Below, in pieces: positions 7,029 to 17,377 of a stretch of 64,000 nt of DNA. The DNA comes from a virus: the IMG/VR virus record IMGVR_UViG_3300045988_149609; one strand, 5' to 3'. The stretch's first letter is position 1. The number at the start of each line of letters is the position of its first letter. The notes under the pieces were generated by a model, which saw only the letters and a list, made by a program, of their open reading frames with translations, searched no databases and was not told the DNA's origin. Made by a program: the position numbers and the translations under genes.

Positions 7029-7485
7029 ACCAATGAATAATGTCCTTATAACTACAAAAGATGTATATAAGGATGATATTAAAACAGGAAGTATTGTTAC
7101 AAAGGCTTCAGGTACAATGAAAGAATATCAAAAGGTTATCGCAATAGGGCCTATGGTGAGAAACATTAGTGTAGGTGATATTGTTATGATAAATCCTTCA
7201 AGATATGCAGTTAGAAAGTATAATGAAAAACCTATGGAAAATTCTATTAAAAATGATATGGAATTGAATCCTGTAGTAGGTTATAGATTTAATACAATAA
7301 TGCTTGATAACGTTGAGCATCTTGTACTTTATGATCAAGATATTTCGTATGTAATTGAGGATTATGAAGAAATTTCAGATGAAGATTCAAATGCTAAAAA
7401 TATTATTGGTGCTAAACCTTCAAATTCTATCATCCTACCCAAACAAAGAAAGATAAAATCAAGCAATCTGATTATTCCTAATTAA
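7003..7485 (+). CDS. GroES-like co-chaperonin (Cpn10 / T4 gp31-like) with C-terminal extension
   Basis: N-terminus IKKIKPMNNVLI…GSIV…KVIAIGP…VSVGDIVMIN matches the GroES pattern NIRPLxDRVIV…GGI…V.AVG…VGD.V.f. Confidence 0.45.
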   Translation: MKLNIKKIKPMNNVLITTKDVYKDDIKTGSIVTKASGTMKEYQKVIAIGPMVRNISVGDIVMINPSRYAVRKYNEKPMENSIKNDMELNPVVGYRFNTIMLDNVEHLVLYDQDISYVIEDYEEISDEDSNAKNIIGAKPSNSIILPKQRKIKSSNLIIPN

Positions 7486-7508
7486 TAACATAAAAAATTT
7501 AATATACA

Positions 7509-7536
7509 GGGGAAAGTTTTTACTTTTCCCTTTATT
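7509..7536 (+). terminator. Intrinsic terminator after the cpn10-like gene
   Basis: 8-bp stem GGGGAAAG / CTTTTCCC with a 6-nt loop, followed by a T-run. Confidence 0.5.
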
Positions 7537-7546
7537 TGTTTGTAAT

Positions 7547-8104
7547 ATGAAACTAGTAAAATTAGATAATTATGAAATTAAAGTAGAAGATGAGCTTCTA
7601 TTACTTAAACCTTTTAATATTGTATATAAAGCAGATAAAACGTCTAATAAGAGTAAATTTTATGACTTTATGACAATATTATATTTCACTTATGATCCAA
7701 GAAGTGATTTTAATTATATAGCAAATGAAGAACTTAGACTAAAAGAAGTATGTGAATCTAATGGTTTTAAAGTTCCTAAATTTAATAATAATGAACAAGA
7801 ATGTATTAAACTTTATCAAAAATTAACTGAAACTTCAGCAAGTATTCTTCTTGAAAGAACAAGAATAGCTGTAGATAAATTAGGTAAATTTCTTGAACAA
7901 ATAGACCTTACTAAAGAAGATGATAAAGGTAAACCTAAATATACAGTTAATTCAGTAGTTACTGCAATTAAACAAGTACCTCAACTAGCTAAAGATGTAA
8001 TGGAAGCAGAAAAAGCTGTAGCTAAAGAAATTGAAGAACAAGGTAGAGCTAGAGGTAGTCAAGGTACTAAAAAATTAATGGATGATGGTATTTTAACAAT
8101 TTAA
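7547..8104 (+). CDS. Hypothetical protein (185 aa); position suggests possible small terminase subunit
   Basis: Guess by position only, two genes upstream of TerL. Confidence 0.25.
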   Translation: MKLVKLDNYEIKVEDELLLLKPFNIVYKADKTSNKSKFYDFMTILYFTYDPRSDFNYIANEELRLKEVCESNGFKVPKFNNNEQECIKLYQKLTETSASILLERTRIAVDKLGKFLEQIDLTKEDDKGKPKYTVNSVVTAIKQVPQLAKDVMEAEKAVAKEIEEQGRARGSQGTKKLMDDGILTI

Positions 8105-8106
8105 TT

Positions 8107-8358
8107 ATGATAATAGAAGATATTTTTAAGATAAAAGGAGAAGTAGATAAACAACATTATATTGTACATAAAACAATAACTCCAGATAAGCATTTTAAAG
8201 CAGTTAAAACATATAAAATTGATGTTTATATAACTCATGATAATATAGAACCTATTAAGAAATATAGTGTTCAAAAAATAACTAAACTAAACGATGAAGT
8301 TTGGAATGAATTAGAAAAAGAATTGCTAAAACAAATTTTTAATGAAAGAAGAGACTAA
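8107..8358 (+). CDS. Hypothetical protein (83 aa)
   Basis: ORF overlapping the TerL start by 17 nt. Confidence 0.3.
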   Translation: MIIEDIFKIKGEVDKQHYIVHKTITPDKHFKAVKTYKIDVYITHDNIEPIKKYSVQKITKLNDEVWNELEKELLKQIFNERRD

Positions 8359-10618
8359 TTTAAATAAACTTACAGAAGATACTATTATTCCTACAAATAA
8401 ATATCAAACACCAATTACTAAACAATTATTAGAAAAATATCCACAAGAAGTACAAGAACAATTTTTAAATTTTGTAAGAAATGTACCATATATTAAAAAT
8501 TTAATATCTCCTACAAGACCTCATGCAAAAGATTGTAAAAGAGATAAAAATGGAAGAATTATTATTGATTTAACTAATCCAATATTACATGATAATATGG
8601 ATTATTTTAGACCTACTGCTATTAATTATCAAAAATATGGTAAAATAAATAATCTTAGACCAAATCCTAATCCCAATAGTGAATATGGAAAATGGATTAG
8701 AGAAGAAATAAGAAGATGTTATTATGGGTATACAAGAGAATCAGATGGTGATTTTGTTACAGGAGATATGTATTTCTTTTTAAATTATTGTCCAATTCTT
8801 TTATCTAAAATTGTAGATCAAAAGAAAGCTTTACGTGTTTGGGATTTTCCTGAATATTGGGAGGGACATAATTTAAAATTTAATTATATAGAACAAGCTA
8901 GAAATCATGGACATCATGGTGCAGAATTAGCTTCAAGAGCAAAAGGTAAGTCATTTTCATTAGCTGCAATGACAGCAAAAAGATTTATTTTAGGGGAATC
9001 TCCTAAAGTAAATAGAGAAGTTAAATGTTTAATTACTGCCTATCAAAAAGAATATTTAACAAAAGATGGAATATTAAATAAGTTTCAATCATATATTGAT
9101 TTTTGTGCGCAAAATACTGAATTTCCATCAAGAAGAATTAAATCTTCTTTAAATGAAATGGCATGGAAAATGGGCTATGTTGACCTTGATACTAATACTC
9201 AAAAAGGAACTTTAAATGAAGTATTGGGTGTATCTTCAAAAGATGATGAATCAAAATTAAGAGGTAAACGTGGTGTCTTAATAGGAATTGAAGAATTTGG
9301 TTCATTTCCTAACTTATTAGGTTTATATGGTACGTTAAGACCCTCAGTAGAAGAAGGTGATCTTACTTATGGATTAATATGGGCACAAGGTACAGCTGGT
9401 GATGATACTTCAGATTTTGCTGCAGCTCAAGAAATTATGTATAATCCTATTGGTTATAATATGGAACCTATACCTAATGTTTATGATATTGAAGGACAAG
9501 GTAGAAAGTTTTTTACTTATTTTTTTCCTGGATATATAAACAGAAAAGGTTGTTATGATAAAGATGGAAATAGTGATGTAGTAAAAGCACTTTTAGAAAT
9601 ACTTATGAATAGATATATGGTTAAGTATAATTCTACAGACATTAACGCTATTACTAAAACTATTTCTGAAACACCTATAACTCCACAAGAAGCAATTATT
9701 AGAACAAAAGGTAATATATTTCCTGTTACTGAATTAAATAATAGATTGAATGAAATTGATAATAATCCTTCATTTTATGATCAAACTTATGTAGGAGATT
9801 TAGAATTAAATAATAAAGGAGAAGTAGAATTTGTAGCTACTAATGATAAACCTATTAGAGAATTTCCATTAAAAGATAATAATGCAAAAGGTGCTATTGA
9901 AATATTTGAAATGCCTGTTAAGATTAAAGATAAAGTACCAAATGAAAGATATATTTTATCTTTAGATAACGTAGAAAATGATGTTGCTCAATCTATGTCA
10001 TTAGGTAGTATATTAGTATTAGATCTGTGGACTGATAGAATAGTTGCTGAATATACAGGTAGACCTATGTTTGCTGATGATTTAAATGAAATAGCAAGAA
10101 AAATGTGTCTTTTTTATAATGGACGTATTATGGTAGAAAACAATAAGAAAAATACTTTTTCTTATTTCAGTAGAATGAATAGTTTACATTTAATGGCAGA
10201 TTGTCCTGAATATCTTAAACAAAAGCAAATTATTAAATATAGCACATTCGGTAATAGTAGTAAAGGTATTACAGGTACTCCAGCTATATTTAACTTTGCT
10301 TATACTTTAATTAGAGATTGGTTGCTAAAACCTATTACTATTACTAAAGAAGAAGGAGGAGAAACTATAGAATATACTGTACCAAATCTTCATTTTATTA
10401 ATAATAGGGCATTACTTAAAGAGCTTGTTCTTTTTAATCCAGATATAAATGTAGATAGATTAAAATCATTGTGTCAATTAATGTTATACAGAGAAGAAAA
10501 GATGATTCTTTATCAAAACAATATAAGTAATGCTCAAAATAGAGATGATGATAAGGATTTAAGTAATGATCCATTTTTTAAAGACAATTATGATAATAAA
10601 GAATCAATATGGGTATAA
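8342..10618 (+). CDS. terL: Terminase large subunit (ATPase + nuclease)
   Basis: Walker-A-like ASRAKGKSF. Walker-B-like VLIGIEEFG. Size and position next to the portal gene fit. Confidence 0.55.
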   Translation: MKEETNLNKLTEDTIIPTNKYQTPITKQLLEKYPQEVQEQFLNFVRNVPYIKNLISPTRPHAKDCKRDKNGRIIIDLTNPILHDNMDYFRPTAINYQKYGKINNLRPNPNPNSEYGKWIREEIRRCYYGYTRESDGDFVTGDMYFFLNYCPILLSKIVDQKKALRVWDFPEYWEGHNLKFNYIEQARNHGHHGAELASRAKGKSFSLAAMTAKRFILGESPKVNREVKCLITAYQKEYLTKDGILNKFQSYIDFCAQNTEFPSRRIKSSLNEMAWKMGYVDLDTNTQKGTLNEVLGVSSKDDESKLRGKRGVLIGIEEFGSFPNLLGLYGTLRPSVEEGDLTYGLIWAQGTAGDDTSDFAAAQEIMYNPIGYNMEPIPNVYDIEGQGRKFFTYFFPGYINRKGCYDKDGNSDVVKALLEILMNRYMVKYNSTDINAITKTISETPITPQEAIIRTKGNIFPVTELNNRLNEIDNNPSFYDQTYVGDLELNNKGEVEFVATNDKPIREFPLKDNNAKGAIEIFEMPVKIKDKVPNERYILSLDNVENDVAQSMSLGSILVLDLWTDRIVAEYTGRPMFADDLNEIARKMCLFYNGRIMVENNKKNTFSYFSRMNSLHLMADCPEYLKQKQIIKYSTFGNSSKGITGTPAIFNFAYTLIRDWLLKPITITKEEGGETIEYTVPNLHFINNRALLKELVLFNPDINVDRLKSLCQLMLYREEKMILYQNNISNAQNRDDDKDLSNDPFFKDNYDNKESIWV

Positions 10619-10638
10619 ATTAATAAAGTTATAATTTA

Positions 10639-10670
10639 TTTGTTTATATTGATAAAATGTTATAATTTTG
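10639..10670 (+). promoter_or_regulatory. Bacteroidota-type promoter (TTTG at 10639-10642; TAATTTTG at 10663-10670) upstream of portal gene
   Basis: 20-nt spacing between the -33 and -7 boxes. TTTGCA follows. Confidence 0.45.
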
Positions 10671-10691
10671 CATCAAATAATTTAAAAAATT

Positions 10692-13106
10692 ATGAGTGAA
10701 TTTGTACAATTTCCTCCACAGCAATTATCTTTTAATAAAAAGACTAAAGCTTGGAGAAAAACTGTATTAGATTGGGCTGACACCAAATCATTTACTCATT
10801 ATTCACCTGTAAGAAAAAGTGTATTGCATAAGAAAATCAATTATGATTTACTTAATGGTGTACTACATATGAAAGATTTAGCTCAAATAATAAATCCTGA
10901 AGATTTAAAAGCTAAATATATTCCTGAAAAAATACAACATTTTCCTATTATAAATAGTAAATTAAATGTATTAATAGGTGAAGAATTAGGAAGAGTTTTT
11001 GATTATAGAGTTGTAGTTACTAATCCAAATGCAGTATCAGAAATAGAGGAAAATAAGAAACAACAAGTTCTTCAACAAATACAACAAGAAATAGAAAATC
11101 AATCACAATCTCAAGAAGAATTTCAACAAAAGCTTGAGAAAATGAATGAATATTTTACATATGATTGGCAAGATATGAGAGAGCAAAGAGCTAATTATTT
11201 ACTTAATCATTATGTAAAAGAATATAATATGCCACTTATATTTAATAAAGGCTTTATGGATGGTCTTGTTGTAGGTGAAGAAATTTATAGATGTGATATA
11301 AGAGGTGGAGAACCAATTATTGAAAGACTTAATCCAAACAAAGTATATGTATTTAAATCAGGTTATTCTAATAAAATTGAAGATGCTGATGTAATAGTTA
11401 TTGAAGATTATTTATCTCCTGGTCAAATTGTAGATAGATATTATGATTCTTTATCAGCAAAAGATAGAGATTATATAGAAAAGTTACCTTATAATAATAC
11501 TTCTACTCAAGGAGATGAGGAGGAACCAAGAAATGCTTGGATTTCTGCAGATTTAGTTGGAGATGATAGTAGAAATTTCTTTTCTAGTATGTTAGAATTT
11601 ACTGATGGAAATACAACAGCCATTGATACTCCTTTTGATATGTATGGTAATATTAGAGTATTACAAGTATATTGGAAGTCAAGAAGAAAAATTAAAAAAG
11701 TAAAATCTTATAATCAAGAAACAGGTGCTGAAGAATTTAATTTTTATCCTGAAAATTATGTTTGTGATGAAGCTAAAGGTGAAGAAGAAACTACTTTTTG
11801 GATTAATGAAGCATGGGAAGGTACTAAAATAGGTAAAGATATTTATGTAAATATGAGACCTAGAGTTGTGCAATATAATAGATTGAGTAATCCTTCAAGA
11901 TGTCATTTTGGTATTGTAGGTTCTATTTATAATCTTAATGAAGATAAGCCTTTCTCTTTAGTAGATGTGATGAAACCTTTTAGTTATTTATATGATGCAA
12001 TTCATGATAAACTAATAAGATTAATGTCAAGAGATTGGGGTATTCTTCTTCCTGTTGACTTAGCTAAAGTTCCTGAGCATTGGGATATAGATAAATGGCT
12101 TTATTTTGCTAAAGCAAATGGTATTTTTGTTACAGATAGTTTTAAAGAAGGTAATAAAGGTGCAGCTACAGGTAAACTTTCTGGAGCATTAAATAATGCA
12201 TCAAGTGGTGCAATTAATGCAGAATTAGGTAATTCTATTCAAGCTTATATTAGTATGCTTGAATATATTAAAACTGAAATGTCTGATGTAGTTGGTATTA
12301 ATAAACAACGTGAAGGACAAATTGCAAATAGAGAAACAGTAGGTGGTGTAGAAAGAGCTACTTTACAATCTTCTTATATTACTGAATATTTGTTTAATAC
12401 ACATGAAGATGTTAAAAGAAGAGCTATAGAATGTTTTTTAGAAACAACAAAAGCTGCTTTAAAAGGAACAAATAAAAAGTTTCAATATATATTACCTGAT
12501 GGTGCTTCAAAGATATTAGATATAGATGGAGATGAATTTGCTGAAAATGATTATGGTTTAGTTGTAGATAATAGTAAAGGTACACAAGAACTTAATCAGA
12601 AACTTGATACTCTTGCACAAGCTGCTTTACAAAATCAGTCATTAAATTTCTCTACTATTATGAAATTATATAGTAGCGCTTCTATGGCTGAAAAAGAAAG
12701 AATGATTGCATTTAATGAACAACAATTACAACAAAGACAACAAGAGCAAATGCAACAACAGCAACAGATTCAACAACAACAGATTCAACAACAAGCTGAA
12801 ACAGCTCAAGCTAAAATGGAACAAGATTATAAAATTGCACAAGAACGTAATGAAACTTCAATTGTTGTTGCTCAAATTAATGCTCAAGCTGAAGCACAAC
12901 GTTATGCTTTATTAGATAATCAAAATGATGGTGTACAAGAACCTATTTTTAGTGAAGAAGCAAGAGCTAAATTAAATGAATCTATTAGACAATTTGATGC
13001 TAAATTGAAATTAGATAAAGAGAAATTAGCATTAGATAAAACAAAAGCTAGTAGAGATTATGATATAAAAAAGAAACAATTAAAAAATAAAAATAGCAAT
13101 TCATGA
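10692..13106 (+). CDS. Portal protein (804 aa) with C-terminal poly-Q/coiled-coil tail
   Basis: Size and synteny with TerL. The C-terminus is Q-rich low-complexity. Confidence 0.5.
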   Translation: MSEFVQFPPQQLSFNKKTKAWRKTVLDWADTKSFTHYSPVRKSVLHKKINYDLLNGVLHMKDLAQIINPEDLKAKYIPEKIQHFPIINSKLNVLIGEELGRVFDYRVVVTNPNAVSEIEENKKQQVLQQIQQEIENQSQSQEEFQQKLEKMNEYFTYDWQDMREQRANYLLNHYVKEYNMPLIFNKGFMDGLVVGEEIYRCDIRGGEPIIERLNPNKVYVFKSGYSNKIEDADVIVIEDYLSPGQIVDRYYDSLSAKDRDYIEKLPYNNTSTQGDEEEPRNAWISADLVGDDSRNFFSSMLEFTDGNTTAIDTPFDMYGNIRVLQVYWKSRRKIKKVKSYNQETGAEEFNFYPENYVCDEAKGEEETTFWINEAWEGTKIGKDIYVNMRPRVVQYNRLSNPSRCHFGIVGSIYNLNEDKPFSLVDVMKPFSYLYDAIHDKLIRLMSRDWGILLPVDLAKVPEHWDIDKWLYFAKANGIFVTDSFKEGNKGAATGKLSGALNNASSGAINAELGNSIQAYISMLEYIKTEMSDVVGINKQREGQIANRETVGGVERATLQSSYITEYLFNTHEDVKRRAIECFLETTKAALKGTNKKFQYILPDGASKILDIDGDEFAENDYGLVVDNSKGTQELNQKLDTLAQAALQNQSLNFSTIMKLYSSASMAEKERMIAFNEQQLQQRQQEQMQQQQQIQQQQIQQQAETAQAKMEQDYKIAQERNETSIVVAQINAQAEAQRYALLDNQNDGVQEPIFSEEARAKLNESIRQFDAKLKLDKEKLALDKTKASRDYDIKKKQLKNKNSNS

Positions 13107-14113
13107 AAAAAATAAAAGATATAATATTATCTGATAAAACACCAATGGATAAAAACTCATTGTGGCTGAAAGATGGTAATTTGAAATATTTTGAAGGTGT
13201 ATGGAAAAATATTGATACTTCAAAAATGTTAACTAATACTTCTGATATTATTTTAGATTTTGAAAAATGTTCAACGGAAAATAAAAATGATGATATCAAA
13301 TATTTAAAAAATTTTATAGAACAAGGAGAAACTTGGGCTAAAAATAATGGTACATATGAATCAAATGCAAGTGAAGCTGTATTTAGTTTTCCTGTTTTAA
13401 TGAAAGATCATTATATGTTGATACCAAGTGTTGCTTATTCATTAAATAATGAAACGGTAGTATTTACAAAATCACAATATATATATTATCCTTATATCGA
13501 TTCTATAGGAGAAAATGACATTTTTGTAAATCAAAGTTGTATTATTACAGGTAAGATTACGATTGATTTAAATAAATCTAATTATTTTGAAAATACACTT
13601 GATATGGATTCTGAAGACCTAACAGCCAGGTTATTAAAAATTTCATTTACTGATAATAATCAAACACAACTTTCACGAGAAAGTTTATTAGCAATCCGAA
13701 AGGAACTTGACAATGGCCCATGTTCTTGTATTTTAAATGGAGTTGTTGTTTCTTGTAGACTGAGTGATGGTTTTAATGATGGTTTTAAGGATAATATTAT
13801 TATTACATCATCTATAAAATATGGCAATCCTAAGGTTGATACTTCAGGTGGTAAGGCAGAAGAAAATATATACAAAAATTATGATAGTATATTTAATCTT
13901 CTTATTGATTCTGAATCAGGGAGAGTATTAAGAAAGAATCAACAAGTAAATGGGCCTATTGCAGGTATGTCTGCAAGTCCAGGTATGGTTAAGCAAATGC
14001 CTAAGATTCCAGCTTTACCTCCATATGCAACATTAGCTACCGTAATTGATTCTTATAATACACTTTTAACTAAATTACAAGATGCATATATGATGGCAAA
14101 AAAAGAAAATTAA
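13103..14113 (+). CDS. Hypothetical virion protein (336 aa)
   Basis: ORF with its ATG overlapping the portal stop (ATGA). Confidence 0.4.
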   Translation: MKKIKDIILSDKTPMDKNSLWLKDGNLKYFEGVWKNIDTSKMLTNTSDIILDFEKCSTENKNDDIKYLKNFIEQGETWAKNNGTYESNASEAVFSFPVLMKDHYMLIPSVAYSLNNETVVFTKSQYIYYPYIDSIGENDIFVNQSCIITGKITIDLNKSNYFENTLDMDSEDLTARLLKISFTDNNQTQLSRESLLAIRKELDNGPCSCILNGVVVSCRLSDGFNDGFKDNIIITSSIKYGNPKVDTSGGKAEENIYKNYDSIFNLLIDSESGRVLRKNQQVNGPIAGMSASPGMVKQMPKIPALPPYATLATVIDSYNTLLTKLQDAYMMAKKEN

Positions 14114-14124
14114 AATGTTGAATT

Positions 14125-15255
14125 ATGATATTTACAAGAAGTGATTATGAAAAAATACAGCAATGGTTACTATTAAATTCAAAGAAAGATAGCGAGTTTC
14201 AATATTTTAATTTTAATAATTTAAATAATAATTATAATTTAGAGTTTTCTGGAATTAGTCAAAACTTAGAAACTACAAATTATGATAATTATAGAATTAA
14301 ATTTGAAGATCTTAGGTCTTATTTAAAGCAGTCTTATTCAAATGAATTTCTTACTAGAGATTATACATATGCTTCATATGTAAAACCTTTTGATGTTTAT
14401 TTTGATAAAAGTCAAAATAGTTTCTTTAAAAATTGGTTTAAACTAACATTAGGTAAAGAACCAGTTTTAGGAATAGAAAGAAAGAGAGATACTGAAGATT
14501 ATGTTTCATTAGTTAGAATTTCAGAACACCCTACTACAGAACTTAATCCTAATGAAGATCATTGTTCTTATGGAGGTGAAATTAAGATTTTAGGTTATGA
14601 TGATTATACAAAATCATTTGAAGAAGATCCTAAATATGTTAATTTAAATAGACATAATTCTTTTGAAATAAGAATAGGAACAAGAGCAGAACTTGGTGTA
14701 GGTGTTTATCCTTCAAATTATATTGAAGAAGATAGAGGTGAAATACCTAAAGATTTCAAAGGACTTTATATAAACAATGAAGATAATTATACACCACATA
14801 AAACTACAAATGCAGGTGTTTATATTAGAGGAGCTAAAGAAAATGAAATTCTTACAGCACAAGGTTCTAAAACTATAAATCCTGTACTATATTTAGGTGA
14901 TTTAAATTTATCATTGGAGGAAATTGATGAAAAATATCTGATTAATCCTAAAATATGTTTTAATAAAGAGATATCTACTATTACTTTTATAAATACTATA
15001 AAAAATAATAAAACTAAAGCATTAAGTACGGTATTTCAAGTTAATAGTGAATTAAATGCTGATGGGCATAATATAAAAGGGGTTACTCAATATTTATTTA
15101 TAAATAGTCAAATAATAAAATGTAGAACTTTTTCAATGATAGACAATATATTATATAAAAGTAACTGGAAAATTTTAAGTAATATAATAACAAGAAATGG
15201 TACTTATTCTTTATTTAATAATACAGATATTGATACAAGAATAATTGCTGAATAA
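14125..15255 (+). CDS. Hypothetical virion protein (376 aa)
   Basis: ORF only. Confidence 0.4.
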   Translation: MIFTRSDYEKIQQWLLLNSKKDSEFQYFNFNNLNNNYNLEFSGISQNLETTNYDNYRIKFEDLRSYLKQSYSNEFLTRDYTYASYVKPFDVYFDKSQNSFFKNWFKLTLGKEPVLGIERKRDTEDYVSLVRISEHPTTELNPNEDHCSYGGEIKILGYDDYTKSFEEDPKYVNLNRHNSFEIRIGTRAELGVGVYPSNYIEEDRGEIPKDFKGLYINNEDNYTPHKTTNAGVYIRGAKENEILTAQGSKTINPVLYLGDLNLSLEEIDEKYLINPKICFNKEISTITFINTIKNNKTKALSTVFQVNSELNADGHNIKGVTQYLFINSQIIKCRTFSMIDNILYKSNWKILSNIITRNGTYSLFNNTDIDTRIIAE

Positions 15256-15273
15256 TATATAAAATAAATAAAA

Positions 15274-16398
15274 ATGGGAAAAATAAAAAATAAAGTTTTT
15301 GGTTTAGTTGTAAGTAAAAATGTAACTGATTCTTTAGCTGATAGTATAAAAGATAACAATCAAGCTAATTTTTATTTAGCTCAAGATAAGCTTCCTAATG
15401 GACAAGCTCTTGATGATGTTACAAGTCCAAATGAATTAACAGATAGAAATGTACTTATTATAAACGGTAATAAAATTCAAGGTGTTAATCAAAAGGATCT
15501 TTCTAAATTAGATGCTATTACTGATGTAAGTAAGCTCTTTAAATATAAAGGTTCTGTTGCAACAGGAGATGAACTTTTGAAAAAAGTTCCACCTGAAGCA
15601 GAAGTTGGAGATGTATGGAATGTGGAGCAAGAATGTGAAATTGATGAAGTTAAATATCCAGCTCATACTAATTTTGTTTGTTCTTCTGCTAAAGCATCTA
15701 TTGCTGGGAAACCTGCTTCTTCTACTTGGGACTCATTAGGCGGTACTATGCAAATGGGTACAGGAGCGGAGGCTCACAAAAATGATGAACATATACTTAC
15801 ATATTATACTTATGATCCGACAATACCAATAACTCAATTTTCTTTAATGTTGTCTGACAATGGAGGTTTATATGTAAATTCACAGAATCGGTTAGACCTT
15901 AATCATAATAATGCAGATGAACAACGTATTATTGCTGTAAACAATCGTTCACAGCAATTGATTTATAAGAGAAAGCCAAATTCCATCATAGACAATATTT
16001 CAATTCGAGTAGGTACACCTTTATGCATAAGTACAAATAATGAAATAGAATTAAAAGTTGGTACTGGCTTAGCTGTTGACGATAGTTATACTGGTTCTGT
16101 TTATTTGAATTTAAAGTCAGATCCTAAAGTCACAGCCCTAGATCATAAATACGAAGGTAGTGGTCTTTCGTATGATTCTAATCAGGCATTATCTATTTCA
16201 TTAGCTACTTCAGCAGTTTATTACAATGATATAATTCCTAACGGTTTAGGACTAGCAACTTATGCTGGTACAGCAGCAGGTCACGCAACTGGAGGTCTTT
16301 ACATATCTGAATCAGCAATTGTTGACTTTATTAAAAACGATATATCAATAAAAACATATATTAACTCCCTAATTAACGAAAAACTTAAAGCAAAATAA
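15274..16398 (+). CDS. Hypothetical virion protein (374 aa)
   Basis: ORF only. Confidence 0.4.
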   Translation: MGKIKNKVFGLVVSKNVTDSLADSIKDNNQANFYLAQDKLPNGQALDDVTSPNELTDRNVLIINGNKIQGVNQKDLSKLDAITDVSKLFKYKGSVATGDELLKKVPPEAEVGDVWNVEQECEIDEVKYPAHTNFVCSSAKASIAGKPASSTWDSLGGTMQMGTGAEAHKNDEHILTYYTYDPTIPITQFSLMLSDNGGLYVNSQNRLDLNHNNADEQRIIAVNNRSQQLIYKRKPNSIIDNISIRVGTPLCISTNNEIELKVGTGLAVDDSYTGSVYLNLKSDPKVTALDHKYEGSGLSYDSNQALSISLATSAVYYNDIIPNGLGLATYAGTAAGHATGGLYISESAIVDFIKNDISIKTYINSLINEKLKAK

Positions 16399-16417
16399 TA
16401 AGTAAATTAAATATATA

Positions 16418-17296
16418 ATGGAAGAGAAGAATATTAAAGTAAGTGTTGTAATTACAGCATATAATGTAGAGAAGTATATTAAAAAAGCAATTAATTCAGT
16501 ATTAAATCAAACATATAAGAACATAGAATTGATTATAGTAGAAGATTGTTCAACAGATAATACACTTAAAATCATTAAAGATTTACAAAAATCTGATACA
16601 ATATTCCCTATTAATCTTGTACAACATAAAGAAAATGTTGGTGCAGGATTGTCAAGGAGAGATGGCATTAAAGCTTCTACAGGTGATTTTATAATGTTAC
16701 TTGATGCTGATGATTGGCTTAATAAAGATTATATTGAACATCTTGTTGATAAACAAAAAGAAACTGATGCAGATATAGTAGGAGGAGGAATGACTTATTG
16801 TTATGAAGATACTGACAAGTTTGAGACTAAAACTTTTGGTACAACTGTAAGTGAAGGATTTCAAAAGTTTATGGATTATAATGATGGTAAGATTGTTTTC
16901 TTAAATAATAAGATTGTAAGAAGTACTATGTATGATACAGTTGAATATTGTGATAGAAGATATGTTGAAGATACTCCTGTTATAATGAAACTTCTTTACA
17001 ATGCAAATAAAGTAGCTTATGTAAATGAAGCTGGTTATAATTATTTACAAAGAAATGGTTCTCTTTGTCATGATTCTTCTAGATGGAAACATAATTTATT
17101 CTGTGCTTTATGCTGTGCTGAATTAATTGAATGGTTTAAGGATAAGCCAGAACCTTACAAAACAATATTTGATTTAAGTCAATTTGTTGAGTATCTTAAA
17201 GCTATGAATGAAATACAAGTAACTAAAGAAGAAAAACAAACATATATTGAAGAATATGATCAATGTATGAAATATTTAATTAGTCATATTTCATAA
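16418..17296 (+). CDS. Family-2 glycosyltransferase (GT-A fold)
   Basis: Classic GT2 N-terminus VSVVITAYNVEKYIKKAINSVLNQTYKNIELIIVEDCSTD. The DxD motif is LLDADDW. Confidence 0.8.
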   Translation: MEEKNIKVSVVITAYNVEKYIKKAINSVLNQTYKNIELIIVEDCSTDNTLKIIKDLQKSDTIFPINLVQHKENVGAGLSRRDGIKASTGDFIMLLDADDWLNKDYIEHLVDKQKETDADIVGGGMTYCYEDTDKFETKTFGTTVSEGFQKFMDYNDGKIVFLNNKIVRSTMYDTVEYCDRRYVEDTPVIMKLLYNANKVAYVNEAGYNYLQRNGSLCHDSSRWKHNLFCALCCAELIEWFKDKPEPYKTIFDLSQFVEYLKAMNEIQVTKEEKQTYIEEYDQCMKYLISHIS

Positions 17297-17303
17297 GTTA
17301 AAA

Positions 17304-17345
17304 TAAAAAAACTCAATTATACTATTGTATAGTTGAGTTTTTTAT
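17304..17345 (+). terminator. Strong intrinsic terminator after the GT2 gene
   Basis: Stem AAAAAACTCAATTATAC / GTATAGTTGAGTTTTTT of about 16 bp with one G-U pair and loop TATT. A-run upstream and T-run downstream. Confidence 0.6.
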
Positions 17346-17347
17346 TA

Positions 17348-17355
17348 TATTTTTG
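17348..17355 (+). promoter_or_regulatory. -7 box TATTTTTGca immediately after terminator, 22 nt upstream of ATG 17378
   Basis: Matches the recurring TAnnTTTGCA motif. Confidence 0.35.
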
Positions 17356-17377
17356 CAAAGAATTTAATGTAAATGAA

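Noticed and set aside
12706-12915. + strand alternative-frame ORFs inside the portal (12706..12915), the 766-aa gene (2310..2507), the 2285-aa gene (48724..48978) and the MCP region
   Set aside because: They overlap the dominant frame of much longer genes. Their composition is driven by the CAA/AAT repeats of the main frame.
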